Shown: positions 13,156 to 30,919, numbered from the stretch's first letter. The stretch: DNA of 64,000 nucleotides from Escherichia coli (GCF_003019035.1 NZ_CP027447.1); one strand, 5' to 3'. Notes: generated by a model not told the origin, from the letters alone. Translations and numbers: made by a program.

Positions 13156-13385
13156 AAAATATCGTTCCTGATTACCGTCTTGATATGGTGGGTGAACCCT
13201 GCCCTTATCCGGCAGTCGCCACCCTTGAGGCGATGCCGCAGTTAAAAAAAGGTGAGATCCTGGAAGTGGTGAGCGACTGTCCGCAGTCGATCAATAATAT
13301 TCCACTGGATGCGCGTAATCACGGCTATACGGTGCTGGATATTCAGCAAGACGGGCCGACCATTCGTTATTTAATTCAGAAGTAA
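13152..13385 (+). CDS. yedF: TusA-like sulfurtransferase family protein
   Basis: 77 aa with CPYP motif; 4-nt overlap with yedE. Confidence 0.93.
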   Translation: MKNIVPDYRLDMVGEPCPYPAVATLEAMPQLKKGEILEVVSDCPQSINNIPLDARNHGYTVLDIQQDGPTIRYLIQK

Positions 13386-13493
13386 TCCCTCATTCCCGCT
13401 GTGGCCCACAGCGGGAACATCGTTACCTCTGTATCACATAGATTTTACCCGCCCCCTCTCCTATTCTTTTCAGTATGATCTCAGGAGGTTTCT

Positions 13494-14162
13494 ATGTGTG
13501 GACGCTTTGCCCAATCCCAAACGCGTGAAGATTACCTTGCGCTTCTCGCGGAAGATATTGAACGCGATATTCCCTATGATCCCGAACCCATTGGCAGATA
13601 CAACGTCGCGCCGGGAACCAAAGTCCTTCTGCTCAGTGAACGTGATGAACACCTTCATTTGGATCCGGTTTTCTGGGGATATGCTCCCGGATGGTGGGAT
13701 AAACCGCCGCTGATTAATGCCCGCGTAGAAACTGCCGCAACCAGTCGCATGTTTAAGCCGCTCTGGCAACATGGTCGGGCAATCTGTTTTGCCGATGGCT
13801 GGTTTGAGTGGAAAAAAGAAGGCGACAAAAAACAGCCTTATTTTATCTATCGCGCTGACGGACAACCTGTTTTTATGGCCGCGATAGGTAGCACACCGTT
13901 TGAGCGTGGTGACGAAGCCGAAGGATTTTTGATCGTCACTGCGGCGGCAGATCAAGGTCTGGTAGATATTCATAACCGCCGCCCGCTGGTACTGTCGCCA
14001 GAAGCTGCACGGGAATGGATGCGGCAAGATATTGGCGGTAAAGAAGCCTCTGAAATCGCTACCAGTGGCTGTGTGCCAGCAAACCAGTTCACCTGGCACC
14101 CGGTATCGCGCGCGGTGGGTAATGTCAAAAACCAGGGCGCGGAGTTAATTCAACCTGTTTGA
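13494..14162 (+). CDS. yedK: SOS-response-associated peptidase (abasic-site processing)
   Basis: 222 aa starting MCGRFAQ, SRAP family with catalytic Cys2. Confidence 0.93.
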   Translation: MCGRFAQSQTREDYLALLAEDIERDIPYDPEPIGRYNVAPGTKVLLLSERDEHLHLDPVFWGYAPGWWDKPPLINARVETAATSRMFKPLWQHGRAICFADGWFEWKKEGDKKQPYFIYRADGQPVFMAAIGSTPFERGDEAEGFLIVTAAADQGLVDIHNRRPLVLSPEAAREWMRQDIGGKEASEIATSGCVPANQFTWHPVSRAVGNVKNQGAELIQPV

Positions 14163-14272
14163 TAAGCCTGGAGATTATTGATCAACAATACTGCGTCATA
14201 AGAAATCTCTATTAGACAAAGATTTCAGTACCTGTTGGCATATTGCAAAAATAATACCAATACGGAATCGTC

Positions 14273-14752
14273 ATGTTCACGATTAAAACAGATGATCTCA
14301 CCCATCCAGCAGTGCAAGCATTAGTGGCTTACCATATTTCCGGCATGCTGCAGCAGTCTCCCCCCGAAAGCAGTCATGCTTTAGATGTGCAAAAATTACG
14401 TAACCCGACAGTGACATTCTGGTCAGTATGGGAAGGCGAACAACTCGCAGGAATTGGTGCGCTGAAGTTGCTGGATGATAAACATGGCGAGCTGAAATCA
14501 ATGCGTACCGCGCCTAATTATTTACGTCGTGGTGTCGCCAGTCTGATTTTACGCCACATTTTGCAGGTCGCCCATGACAGATGCCTTCATCGCCTGAGCT
14601 TAGAAACGGGTACACAGGCTGGATTTACGGCCTGCCATCAACTTTATTTGAAGCATGGTTTCGTTGATTGCGAACCGTTTGCTGATTATCAACTTGATCC
14701 ACACAGTCGATTTTTGTCATTGACGCTATGCGAAAATAATGAATTGCCATGA
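14273..14752 (+). CDS. yedL: GNAT-family N-acetyltransferase
   Basis: 159 aa acetyltransferase fold. Confidence 0.9.
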   Translation: MFTIKTDDLTHPAVQALVAYHISGMLQQSPPESSHALDVQKLRNPTVTFWSVWEGEQLAGIGALKLLDDKHGELKSMRTAPNYLRRGVASLILRHILQVAHDRCLHRLSLETGTQAGFTACHQLYLKHGFVDCEPFADYQLDPHSRFLSLTLCENNELP

Positions 14753-15169
14753 GCCAGACGCAGCACATTCTTGCATTCGACGAGCTGCGCCTTTATTTAT
14801 TATCAGCCGCAAATGTCTTGTCCTTAGACGCTCTTTCCACATGCGCCACAAGAAACCTCTATTCCAGTGACACAATTATGCCTGATTATTTCCCTAGCCC
14901 GGAATATGAATAAAAACATCAAATAAGATGAAATTATCAAAATATTAATGTTGCGTCTGTGGTCGTAACAACAACCGACCTGGTGATGCGTGTTAAAGGA
15001 GACACTCTGATGTTCAGGGGGGTTATCACGTATACAGATCGTGGATGGCAGAAAACTTTCAGAATCAGGTTTCCATTTTAAACCAGAAATTGAGTGAGTT
15101 TGCCCCATCAATGCCCCACGCTGTGAGTTTGGATGTCATTAAACAAGCACAATCAACACGTAACACAAC

Positions 15170-15484
15170 CTACACCTGCATGCTCATCACTTCCTGATAC
15201 GCCGCTACCAGCTTATTACGCACCTGAATCCCCATTTGCATAGAAACTGAGGCTTTTTGCATATCGGTCATCACATCGTTTAGCGCCACGCCGGGCTCAC
15301 CGAGGGTGAATTTTTCTGCCTGGGTACGGGCGGCTGTTTGTGTATCGCTTATGCGATCGAGCGCGGCGTGCAGCTGCCAGGCAAAACTAATGGTCGGTTG
15401 CGGCAGTGATTCCTGCGCACGCGCACTCATCGCCGTGGTCTGTAACTGGCTGATAACCCCTTCAATCCCCTGTATCGCTGACAT
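15170..15484 (-). CDS. fliE: flagellar hook-basal body protein FliE
   Basis: ORF trimmed to [14 protein letters not shown], 104 aa. Confidence 0.93.
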   Translation of the reverse strand: MSAIQGIEGVISQLQTTAMSARAQESLPQPTISFAWQLHAALDRISDTQTAARTQAEKFTLGEPGVALNDVMTDMQKASVSMQMGIQVRNKLVAAYQEVMSMQV

Positions 15485-15698
15485 TTTCATCTCCCGGATA
15501 ATTTCTGGTAGCAAAGCCTACCAGTAAGTCAATAAGACAAAGGCGCTAAATAGCAACAAAAAAACGGGTTTATTGGCGGATAGAAAAAAACGAAAGCACA
15601 AATAATGGGAGCGTCAATTTTTCGAGTTTGCTGACCCGGGAGTGAGTCTTGTTCCACTTTGCCAATAACGCCGTCCATAATCAGCCACGAGGTGCGCG
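15485..15698. promoter_or_regulatory. divergent fliE / fliF class-2 flagellar promoter region
   Basis: inferred from divergent gene arrangement and known FlhDC regulation; no motif mapped. Confidence 0.45.
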
Positions 15699-19023
<3,325 letters not shown>

Positions 19024-19024
<1 letters not shown>

Positions 19025-20397
19025 TGACCACGCGCCTGACTCGCTGGCTAACCACGCTGGATAACTTTGAAGCCAAAATGGCGCAGTTGCCTGCGGTACG
19101 TCGCTATGGGCGATTAACCCGCGCTACCGGGCTGGTGCTGGAAGCCACCGGATTACAATTGCCGCTCGGCGCAACCTGTGTCATTGAACGCCAGAACGGC
19201 AGCGAAACGCACGAAGTAGAAAGCGAAGTCGTTGGCTTTAACGGTCAACGGCTGTTTTTAATGCCGCTGGAGGAAGTGGAAGGTGTCCTGCCCGGCGCGC
19301 GTGTTTATGCCAAAAACATTTCGGCTGAAGGGCTGCAAAGCGGCAAGCAGTTGCCGCTCGGTCCGGCGTTATTAGGTCGCGTTCTGGACGGCAGCGGTAA
19401 ACCGCTCGATGGCCTCCCCTCCCCCGATACGACGGAAACCGGTGCGCTGATTACCCCGCCATTTAACCCATTGCAACGTACACCGATTGAACATGTGCTG
19501 GACACCGGCGTGCGCCCAATCAATGCCCTGCTTACCGTCGGGCGCGGGCAGCGCATGGGGCTGTTTGCCGGGTCCGGCGTTGGTAAAAGTGTGCTGCTGG
19601 GGATGATGGCCCGTTACACCCGCGCCGATGTCATTGTCGTGGGTTTGATTGGTGAACGAGGGCGCGAAGTAAAAGATTTTATTGAGAATATCCTCGGTGC
19701 CGAAGGACGTGCACGCTCCGTGGTGATTGCCGCTCCAGCGGACGTTTCTCCGCTCCTGCGAATGCAGGGTGCCGCCTATGCCACGCGCATTGCCGAAGAT
19801 TTTCGCGATCGTGGTCAGCATGTGTTGCTGATTATGGACTCCCTCACCCGCTACGCGATGGCCCAGCGTGAAATTGCGCTGGCGATTGGCGAACCCCCCG
19901 CCACCAAAGGTTATCCACCGTCGGTGTTTGCCAAATTACCGGCACTGGTCGAGCGTGCCGGAAATGGCATTAGCGGCGGAGGCTCGATTACCGCGTTTTA
20001 TACCGTGCTCACCGAGGGCGATGACCAGCAGGACCCCATTGCCGACTCCGCGCGGGCCATCCTCGACGGTCACATTGTGCTGTCTCGCCGACTGGCGGAA
20101 GCCGGGCACTATCCGGCTATCGATATTGAAGCGTCGATCAGCCGCGCAATGACGGCGTTGATCAGCGAGCAACATTATGCGCGAGTGCGCACCTTCAAAC
20201 AGCTGTTGTCGAGTTTTCAGCGTAACCGCGATCTGGTTAGCGTCGGTGCGTATGCCAAAGGCAGCGATCCAATGCTCGATAAAGCCATCGCCCTGTGGCC
20301 GCAGCTGGAGGGCTATTTGCAACAAGGCATTTTTGAACGCGCGGACTGGGAAGCGTCTCTCCAGGGGCTGGAGCGTATTTTCCCGACAGTGTCATAA
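19024..20397 (+). CDS. fliI: flagellum-specific ATPase FliI
   Basis: 457 aa; Walker A GSGVGKS. Confidence 0.95.
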
Positions 20398-20415
20398 CCC
20401 AGGAGATAACGGCAG

Positions 20416-20859
20416 ATGGCAGAACATGGTGCGCTGGCGACCCTGAAAGATCTGGCAGAAAAAGAGGTAGAGGATGCCGCGCGCCTGCTGGGTGAAATGC
20501 GTCGCGGATGTCAGCAGGCGGAAGAACAGCTCAAAATGCTGATCGATTATCAGAATGAATATCGCAATAACCTCAATAGCGATATGAGTGCCGGGATGAC
20601 CAGCAACCGCTGGATCAACTATCAGCAGTTTATCCAGACGCTGGAAAAAGCCATTACTCAGCATCGCCAGCAACTTAATCAGTGGACGCAGAAAGTTGAC
20701 ATTGCCCTGAACAGCTGGCGAGAAAAGAAACAACGTTTGCAGGCCTGGCAGACACTGCAGGAACGGCAATCCACGGCGGCACTGCTTGCAGAAAACCGCC
20801 TCGATCAGAAAAAGATGGATGAGTTCGCCCAGCGCGCCGCCATGAGGAAACCTGAATGA
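20416..20859 (+). CDS. fliJ: flagellar export protein FliJ
   Basis: 147 aa coiled-coil protein. Confidence 0.95.
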   Translation: MAEHGALATLKDLAEKEVEDAARLLGEMRRGCQQAEEQLKMLIDYQNEYRNNLNSDMSAGMTSNRWINYQQFIQTLEKAITQHRQQLNQWTQKVDIALNSWREKKQRLQAWQTLQERQSTAALLAENRLDQKKMDEFAQRAAMRKPE

Positions 20860-21983
20860 TTCGCATAGCGCCCTTGATTACCGCTGACGTTGATAACGCC
20901 ACATTGCCTGGCGGCAAAGCCAGCGATGCTGCACAAGATTTTCTCGCGTTGTTGAGCGAAGCATTAACAGGCGAGGCAACAACCGACAAAGCGGCCCCTC
21001 AGTTGCTGGTGGCAACAGATAAGCCCACGGCAAAAGGCGAGCCGCTGGTCAGCGATATTGTTTCCGACGCGCAACAAGCAGATTTACTGATCCCTGTGGA
21101 TGAAACACCGCCTGTCATCAACGACGAACAATCCACATTAACACCGTTAACCACCGCTCAGACGATAACGTTGGCTGCGGCGGCTGACAACAATACGGCA
21201 AAAGACGAAAAAGCGGATGATCTGAATGAAGACGTCACCGCAAGCCTGAGTGCCCTTTTTGCGATGTTGCCGGGTTTTGACAATACGCCCAAAGTGACTG
21301 ATGCACCGTCAACCGTGTTACCGACAGAGAAACCAACGCTTTTCACAAAACTGACTTCTGCGCAACTCACTACAGCACAGCCTGATGACGGCCCCGGCAC
21401 GCCAGCTCAGCCATTAACAGCGCTGGTAGCAGAAGCCCAGAGTAAAGCGGAAGTCATCAGCACACCTTCACCGGTGACCGCTGCCGCCAGCCCGCTAATC
21501 ACTCCACACCAGACACAGCCACTGCCCACCGTCGCCGCGCCTGTCTTGAGTGCACCGCTGGGTTCTCACGAATGGCAACAATCATTAAGCCAGCATATTT
21601 CGCTGTTCACCCGCCAGGGGCAACAAAGTGCAGAGTTGCGTCTGCACCCACAGGATTTAGGTGAAGTGCAAATTTCCCTCAAAGTGGATGATAACCAGGC
21701 GCAAATCCAGATGGTTTCACCGCATCAGCACGTACGCGCCGCCCTGGAAGCAGCGCTGCCGGTACTGCGTACGCAGTTGGCCGAAAGTGGCATTCAGTTA
21801 GGGCAAAGCAACATCAGTGGCGAAAGCTTTAGTGGTCAGCAGCAGGCCGCTTCCCAACAACAGCAAAGCCAACGCACAGCAAACCATGAACCTCTGGCGG
21901 GGGAAGACGACGATACGCTTCCGGTTCCCGTCTCTTTACAAGGGCGTGTAACAGGCAACAGCGGCGTTGATATTTTCGCCTAA
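20856..21983 (+). CDS. fliK: flagellar hook-length control protein
   Basis: 375 aa, Pro/Ala/Thr-rich. Confidence 0.95.
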   Translation: MIRIAPLITADVDNATLPGGKASDAAQDFLALLSEALTGEATTDKAAPQLLVATDKPTAKGEPLVSDIVSDAQQADLLIPVDETPPVINDEQSTLTPLTTAQTITLAAAADNNTAKDEKADDLNEDVTASLSALFAMLPGFDNTPKVTDAPSTVLPTEKPTLFTKLTSAQLTTAQPDDGPGTPAQPLTALVAEAQSKAEVISTPSPVTAAASPLITPHQTQPLPTVAAPVLSAPLGSHEWQQSLSQHISLFTRQGQQSAELRLHPQDLGEVQISLKVDDNQAQIQMVSPHQHVRAALEAALPVLRTQLAESGIQLGQSNISGESFSGQQQAASQQQQSQRTANHEPLAGEDDDTLPVPVSLQGRVTGNSGVDIFA

Positions 21984-22087
21984 CGTCAGAGGTAGCACCG
22001 TAATCCGCGTCTTTTCCCCGCTTTGTTGCGCTCAAGACGCAGGATAATTAGCCGATAAGCAGTAGCGACACAGGAAGACCGCAACAC

Positions 22088-22552
22088 ATGACTGATTACG
22101 CGATAAGCAAGAAAAGCAAGCGATCGCTTTGGATCCCGATTCTGGTATTCATTACCCTCGCGGCCTGTGCCAGCGCAGGTTACAGCTACTGGCATTCGCA
22201 TCAGGTTGCCGCTGAAGACAAAGCGCAGCAACGCGTCGTGCCCTCCCCGGTCTTCTATGCGCTGGATACCTTTACAGTCAATCTGGGCGATGCGGATCGC
22301 GTGCTTTATATCGGCATAACCCTGCGACTCAAAGATGAAGCTACCCGCTCGCGGCTGAGTGAGTATTTGCCGGAAGTCCGTAGCCGTTTGCTGTTACTGT
22401 TTTCGCGTCAGGATGCTGCCGTACTGGCGACAGAAGAAGGCAAGAAAAACCTGATTGCCGAGATTAAAACCACACTTTCCACCCCGCTTGTTGCCGGGCA
22501 ACCGAAACAGGATGTCACCGACGTGCTGTATACCGCTTTTATTCTGCGATAA
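22088..22552 (+). CDS. fliL: flagellar basal-body-associated protein FliL
   Basis: 154 aa with one N-terminal TM helix. Confidence 0.95.
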   Translation: MTDYAISKKSKRSLWIPILVFITLAACASAGYSYWHSHQVAAEDKAQQRVVPSPVFYALDTFTVNLGDADRVLYIGITLRLKDEATRSRLSEYLPEVRSRLLLLFSRQDAAVLATEEGKKNLIAEIKTTLSTPLVAGQPKQDVTDVLYTAFILR

Positions 22553-22556
22553 CGAC

Positions 22557-23561
22557 ATGGGCGATAGTATTCTTTCTCAAGCTGAAATTGATGCGCTGTT
22601 GAATGGTGACAGCGAAGTCAAAGACGAACCGACAGCCAGTGTTAGCGGCGAAAGTGACATTCGTCCGTACGATCCGAATACCCAACGACGGGTTGTGCGC
22701 GAACGTTTGCAGGCGCTGGAAATCATTAATGAGCGCTTTGCTCGCCATTTTCGTATGGGGCTGTTCAACCTGCTGCGCCGTAGCCCGGATATTACCGTCG
22801 GGGCCATCCGCATTCAGCCGTACCATGAATTTGCCCGCAACCTGCCGGTGCCGACCAACCTGAACCTTATCCATCTGAAACCGCTGCGCGGCACAGGGCT
22901 GGTGGTGTTCTCACCGAGTCTGGTGTTTATCGCCGTGGATAACCTGTTTGGCGGCGATGGACGCTTCCCGACCAAAGTGGAAGGTCGCGAGTTTACCCAT
23001 ACAGAACAGCGCGTCATCAACCGCATGTTAAAGCTGGCGCTTGAAGGCTATAGCGATGCCTGGAAGGCGATTAATCCGCTGGAAGTTGAGTACGTGCGTT
23101 CGGAAATGCAGGTGAAATTTACCAATATCACCACCTCGCCGAACGACATTGTGGTTAACACGCCGTTCCATGTGGAGATTGGCAACCTGACCGGCGAATT
23201 TAATATCTGCCTGCCATTCAGCATGATCGAGCCGCTACGGGAATTGTTGGTTAACCCGCCGCTGGAAAACTCGCGTAATGAAGATCAGAACTGGCGCGAT
23301 AACCTGGTGCGCCAGGTGCAGCATTCACAGCTCGAGCTGGTCGCCAACTTTGCCGATATATCGCTACGCCTGTCGCAGATTTTAAAACTGAAACCCGGTG
23401 ACGTCCTGCCGATAGAAAAACCCGATCGCATCATCGCCCATGTTGACGGCGTTCCGGTACTGACCAGTCAGTACGGCACCCTCAACGGTCAGTATGCGTT
23501 ACGGATAGAACATTTGATTAACCCGATTTTAAATTCTCTGAACGAGGAACAGCCCAAATGA
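22557..23561 (+). CDS. fliM: flagellar motor switch protein FliM
   Basis: ORF 22455..23561 trimmed to ATG at 22557 (MGDSILSQAEIDALL), 334 aa. Confidence 0.95.
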   Translation: MGDSILSQAEIDALLNGDSEVKDEPTASVSGESDIRPYDPNTQRRVVRERLQALEIINERFARHFRMGLFNLLRRSPDITVGAIRIQPYHEFARNLPVPTNLNLIHLKPLRGTGLVVFSPSLVFIAVDNLFGGDGRFPTKVEGREFTHTEQRVINRMLKLALEGYSDAWKAINPLEVEYVRSEMQVKFTNITTSPNDIVVNTPFHVEIGNLTGEFNICLPFSMIEPLRELLVNPPLENSRNEDQNWRDNLVRQVQHSQLELVANFADISLRLSQILKLKPGDVLPIEKPDRIIAHVDGVPVLTSQYGTLNGQYALRIEHLINPILNSLNEEQPK

Positions 23562-23971
23562 GTGACATGAATAATCCGGCCGATGACAACAACGGCGCAA
23601 TGGACGATCTGTGGGCTGAAGCGTTGAGCGAACAAAAATCAACCAGTGGCAAAAGCGCTGCCGACGCGGTGTTCCAGCAATTTGGCGGTGGTGATGTCAG
23701 CGGAACGTTGCAGGATATCGACCTGATTATGGATATTCCGGTCAAGCTGACCGTCGAGCTGGGCCGCACACGAATGACCATCAAAGAGTTATTGCGTCTG
23801 ACGCAAGGATCAGTCGTGGCGCTGGACGGTCTGGCGGGCGAACCGCTGGATATTCTGATCAACGGTTATTTAATTGCTCAGGGCGAAGTTGTCGTAGTCG
23901 CTGATAAATATGGCGTGCGGATCACCGATATCATTACTCCGTCTGAGCGGATGCGCCGCCTGAGCCGTTAG
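23558..23971 (+). CDS. fliN: flagellar motor switch protein FliN
   Basis: 137 aa. Confidence 0.95.
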   Translation: MSDMNNPADDNNGAMDDLWAEALSEQKSTSGKSAADAVFQQFGGGDVSGTLQDIDLIMDIPVKLTVELGRTRMTIKELLRLTQGSVVALDGLAGEPLDILINGYLIAQGEVVVVADKYGVRITDIITPSERMRRLSR

Positions 23972-23973
23972 TG

Positions 23974-24339
23974 ATGAATAACCACGCTACTGTGCAATCT
24001 CCCGCGCCGGTTTCTGCTGCGCCACTGCTGCAGGTGAGCGGCGCACTCATCGCCATTATTGCCCTGATCCTCGCTGCTGCCTGGCTGGTAAAACGGCTGG
24101 GATTTGCCCCGAAACGCACTGGCGTTAACGGTCTGAAAATTAGCGCCAGTGCTTCGCTGGGCGCGCGTGAACGGGTTGTGGTGGTCGATGTGGAAGATGC
24201 ACGGCTGGTGCTCGGCGTTACCGCAGGGCAAATCAATCTGCTGCATAAACTTCCCCCTTCAGCACCAACGGAAGAGATACCGCAGACCGATTTTCAGTCG
24301 GTCATGAAAAACTTGCTTAAGCGTAGCGGGAGATCCTGA
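23974..24339 (+). CDS. fliO: flagellar biosynthesis protein FliO
   Basis: ATG at 23974 (MNNHATVQ); ORF-track start 23971 is GTG. Confidence 0.9.
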   Translation: MNNHATVQSPAPVSAAPLLQVSGALIAIIALILAAAWLVKRLGFAPKRTGVNGLKISASASLGARERVVVVDVEDARLVLGVTAGQINLLHKLPPSAPTEEIPQTDFQSVMKNLLKRSGRS

Positions 24340-25076
24340 TGCGTCGTTTGTTGTCTGTCGCACCTGTCCTTCTCTGGCTGGTTACGCCCCTCGCCTTCGC
24401 GCAACTACCGGGTATCACCAGCCAGCCGCTGCCTGGCGGTGGACAAAGCTGGTCGCTCCCGGTGCAGACGCTGGTGTTCATCACCTCGTTGACGTTTATT
24501 CCGGCAATTTTACTGATGATGACCAGTTTCACCCGCATCATCATTGTTTTTGGTTTATTGCGTAACGCGTTGGGAACACCCTCCGCGCCACCTAACCAGG
24601 TATTGCTGGGACTGGCGCTGTTTTTGACCTTTTTTATTATGTCGCCGGTGATCGATAAAATTTATGTCGATGCGTACCAGCCATTCAGCGAAGAGAAAAT
24701 CTCAATGCAGGAGGCGCTGGAAAACGGGGCGCAGCCGCTGCGTGAGTTTATGCTGCGTCAGACCCGTGAGGCGGATTTAGGGTTGTTTGCCAGACTGGCG
24801 AATACTGGCCCGTTGCAGGGACCTGAAGCTGTGCCGATGCGCATTTTGCTCCCGGCCTACGTGACCAGCGAGTTGAAAACCGCATTTCAGATAGGCTTCA
24901 CGATTTTCATTCCTTTTTTGATTATCGACCTGGTGATTGCCAGCGTGTTGATGGCATTGGGGATGATGATGGTTCCCCCAGCCACCATTGCTCTGCCCTT
25001 TAAACTGATGCTGTTTGTACTGGTGGATGGCTGGCAATTGCTGGTCGGTTCGCTGGCGCAGAGCTTTTACAGCTAG
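24339..25076 (+). CDS. fliP: flagellar export apparatus protein FliP
   Basis: 245 aa. Confidence 0.95.
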   Translation: MRRLLSVAPVLLWLVTPLAFAQLPGITSQPLPGGGQSWSLPVQTLVFITSLTFIPAILLMMTSFTRIIIVFGLLRNALGTPSAPPNQVLLGLALFLTFFIMSPVIDKIYVDAYQPFSEEKISMQEALENGAQPLREFMLRQTREADLGLFARLANTGPLQGPEAVPMRILLPAYVTSELKTAFQIGFTIFIPFLIIDLVIASVLMALGMMMVPPATIALPFKLMLFVLVDGWQLLVGSLAQSFYS

Positions 25077-25085
25077 AGAGGCAAA

Positions 25086-25355
25086 ATGACACCTGAATCG
25101 GTCATGATGATGGGGACTGAAGCGATGAAAGTCGCGCTGGCACTGGCTGCCCCACTGTTGCTGGTGGCGCTGGTCACGGGTCTTATCATCAGTATTTTGC
25201 AGGCCGCCACCCAGATTAACGAAATGACGCTGTCGTTTATTCCGAAAATCATCGCCGTATTTATCGCCATTATTATTGCCGGACCGTGGATGCTCAATCT
25301 GTTGCTGGATTACGTCCGCACCTTGTTCACTAACCTGCCGTATATCATCGGGTAG
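25086..25355 (+). CDS. fliQ: flagellar export apparatus protein FliQ
   Basis: 89 aa. Confidence 0.95.
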   Translation: MTPESVMMMGTEAMKVALALAAPLLLVALVTGLIISILQAATQINEMTLSFIPKIIAVFIAIIIAGPWMLNLLLDYVRTLFTNLPYIIG

Positions 25356-25363
25356 GCCGTACA

Positions 25364-26149
25364 ATGATGCAGGTAACAAGCGATCAATGGCTTTCCTGGT
25401 TAAGCCTGTACTTCTGGCCGTTACTGCGCGTGCTGGCGCTCATTTCTACCGCACCAATTCTGAGCGAACGCAGCGTGCCGAAACGGGTAAAACTGGGTCT
25501 GGCAATGATGATCACGTTCGCTATTGCCCCATCATTACCTGCCAACGATGTTCCTGTTTTTTCGTTCTTTGCTCTGTGGCTGGCCGTGCAGCAGATCCTG
25601 ATCGGCATTGCGCTTGGTTTTACCATGCAATTTGCCTTTGCCGCTGTGCGAACCGCTGGTGAAATTATCGGTCTGCAAATGGGGCTGTCATTTGCGACGT
25701 TTGTCGATCCGGCCAGCCATCTCAATATGCCCGTTTTAGCGCGTATCATGGATATGCTGGCGTTACTGCTGTTCCTGACATTTAACGGTCATTTATGGTT
25801 GATTTCACTGCTGGTCGATACCTTTCACACCCTGCCAATTGGTGGCGAACCGTTGAACAGCAATGCGTTTCTGGCACTCACCAAAGCAGGGAGTTTGATT
25901 TTCCTTAACGGGCTGATGCTGGCATTACCGCTCATTACTCTGCTGCTGACCCTGAATCTGGCATTAGGCTTACTTAATCGTATGGCCCCGCAATTATCCA
26001 TTTTTGTTATTGGATTTCCATTAACTCTGACTGTCGGTATCTCTTTAATGGCGGCATTAATGCCGTTAATTGCGCCTTTTTGCGAACATTTATTCAGTGA
26101 AATATTTAATTTGCTGGCTGATATTATTAGCGAATTACCATTAATATAA
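25364..26149 (+). CDS. fliR: flagellar export apparatus protein FliR
   Basis: 261 aa. Confidence 0.95.
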   Translation: MMQVTSDQWLSWLSLYFWPLLRVLALISTAPILSERSVPKRVKLGLAMMITFAIAPSLPANDVPVFSFFALWLAVQQILIGIALGFTMQFAFAAVRTAGEIIGLQMGLSFATFVDPASHLNMPVLARIMDMLALLLFLTFNGHLWLISLLVDTFHTLPIGGEPLNSNAFLALTKAGSLIFLNGLMLALPLITLLLTLNLALGLLNRMAPQLSIFVIGFPLTLTVGISLMAALMPLIAPFCEHLFSEIFNLLADIISELPLI

Positions 26150-26174
26150 TTCCGTAACGTTTATCATGTTATCC

Positions 26175-26188
26175 TAAGGATTATCCGA
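26175..26188 (+). promoter_or_regulatory. candidate RcsAB box upstream of rcsA
   Basis: TAAGGATTATCCGA resembles the RcsAB-box consensus; rcsA autoregulation is established knowledge. Confidence 0.45.
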
Positions 26189-26438
26189 AAAATAATACCT
26201 ACGAACATCTTCCAGGATACTCCTGCGGCGAAATATTTGTTTTAAGCTCACTCACATATCGCAACATTTACTTTACTTTAAGACAATTCCAGGCAAATTA
26301 TACAACACTTTACGGGATAGTAAGTCCGCCTGAAAAATCGCGAGAGTGGCGCATTAGGTGACCCATGTTGTTCCGTTTAGTCATGATGAAATATTCAGGT
26401 AAGGGGAATTATCGTTACGCATTGAGTGAGGGTATGCC

Positions 26439-27062
26439 ATGTCAACGATTATTATGGATTTATGTAGTTACACCCGACTAGGTTTAACCGGGTATCTGTT
26501 GAGTAGAGGGGTTAAAAAAAGAGAAATCAACGATATTGAAACCGTTGATGACCTTGCCATAGCTTGTGATTCACAGCGCCCTTCAGTGGTGTTTATTAAT
26601 GAGGACTGTTTCATCCACGATGCTTCTAACAGTCAGCGTATCAAGCTCATCATTAATCAACATCCCAATACGTTATTTATCGTTTTTATGGCAATTGCCA
26701 ATGTTCATTTTGATGAATATCTATTGGTCAGAAAAAATTTATTGATCAGTTCTAAATCGATCAAACCGGAATCTCTCGACGATATCCTTGGCGATATTCT
26801 GAAAAAAGAGACAACGATAACCTCGTTTTTAAATATGCCGACGTTATCATTGAGCCGAACCGAATCGAGTATGTTGCGAATGTGGATGGCAGGTCAGGGA
26901 ACCATTCAAATCTCTGACCAAATGAATATCAAAGCCAAGACCGTTTCATCGCATAAAGGTAATATTAAACGTAAGATCAAAACGCATAATAAACAGGTTA
27001 TCTACCATGTCGTCCGACTGACGGATAATGTGACTAATGGTATTTTTGTCAACATGCGCTAA
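26439..27062 (+). CDS. rcsA: capsule synthesis regulator RcsA (LuxR-type)
   Basis: 207 aa. Confidence 0.95.
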
Positions 27063-27105
27063 CACATTCTGACTGGTGGTTTCCCACCAGTCAGGCTGAA
27101 TTAGA

Positions 27106-27384
<279 letters not shown>

Positions 27385-27456
27385 CTATACTTAAGAGATG
27401 CCAGGCGGACTTAACGACTGGCGGCAACAACAGAGTAACGGTTGCGAGGAAAGATG

Positions 27457-27684
27457 ATGAAAACCGCAAAAGAGTACAGCGATACCGCAAAACGTGAGGT
27501 CAGCGTCGATGTCGATGCCCTGCTGGCGGCGATCAATGAAATTAGCGAAAGCGAAGTTCATCGCAGCCAGAACGATTCTGAACACGTTAGCGTCGATGGA
27601 CGTGAATATCATACATGGCGTGAATTGGCGGATGCCTTCGAACTGGATATTCATGACTTCAGCGTCTCTGAAGTGAATCGTTGA
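27457..27684 (+). CDS. yodD: small stress protein YodD
   Basis: ORF trimmed to MKTAKEYSDTAK, 75 aa. Confidence 0.88.
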   Translation: MKTAKEYSDTAKREVSVDVDALLAAINEISESEVHRSQNDSEHVSVDGREYHTWRELADAFELDIHDFSVSEVNR

Positions 27685-27697
27685 ATGCACAATAAAA

Positions 27698-27784
27698 AAA
27701 TCCCGACCCTGAGGGGGTCGGGATGAAACTTGCTTAAGCAAGAAGCACTTAAAAAATTCGTTACACCAGGAAATCTGATGTGTT
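27698..27784 (-). ncRNA. dsrA: DsrA small regulatory RNA
   Basis: minus-strand 87 nt AACACATCAGATTTCCTGGTGTAACG...CCCGACCCCCTCAGGGTCGGGATTT matches DsrA as I recall it, ending in its terminator hairpin. Confidence 0.92.
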
Positions 27785-27963
27785 CATCACCTTATCCGCA
27801 ATTTTTTTCGCTGACAAGAAAATATTCGTGATATGAATGATTAACGCTGCTTATGAATAGAAATGTGACGCGCGTCACCCCTTGGTGGCTCTGGTGTCAA
27901 CGGGATCGCTCCCGAAAAAATCATCTTTGATTATTTGTGCTGTTTTGAGAATCATCCTGGTAA

Positions 27964-30488
<2,525 letters not shown>

Positions 30489-30658
30489 CCTGACGACTCC
30501 CAACCTGCTTTTTTATGATTCTGGCATAACCCGGCGATAACGTACCGCAAAACAGCGATAATTTTATAATGGTGGCATGATAAGACGCGACTATCATTCA
30601 TTGCAGGCATTGGCACACCAGGCCGGATGTGATCCGGCCTGGTGTTAATGATACCCTT

Positions 30659-30841
30659 TCAAACTTCTTCCGCAGAACGACTCCCCTCCCCCGGAACAAG
30701 ATCGGTTTCATGAAAAGCTTCCCGCTTGACCCCGTAACCGTCATACCAACGACACTCAACCATACCGCTGGAGTATCCGGTGACAATCATCCGCGGGCCG
30801 CCCTCTTTAACCGTAACTTCCTCACTAACCATAAAGCTCAT
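30659..30841 (-). CDS. yodC: small protein YodC
   Basis: 60 aa. Confidence 0.85.
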   Translation of the reverse strand: MSFMVSEEVTVKEGGPRMIVTGYSSGMVECRWYDGYGVKREAFHETDLVPGEGSRSAEEV

Positions 30842-30919
30842 ACTCGCCTCCTTTTTTCGAGTGAAACTTGTTCACCTTAGTTGAAGATGGCGAATTTTGC
30901 ATAATAGCCAGTGCGAGTA

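Noticed and set aside
13470-14099. 209-aa minus-strand ORF
   Set aside because: Antisense to the well-supported yedK CDS; no independent signals.
14824-15111. 95-aa minus-strand ORF between yedL and fliE
   Set aside because: TTG/ATG start without SD in the fliE promoter region; no recognisable family; possibly a relic, but unsupported.
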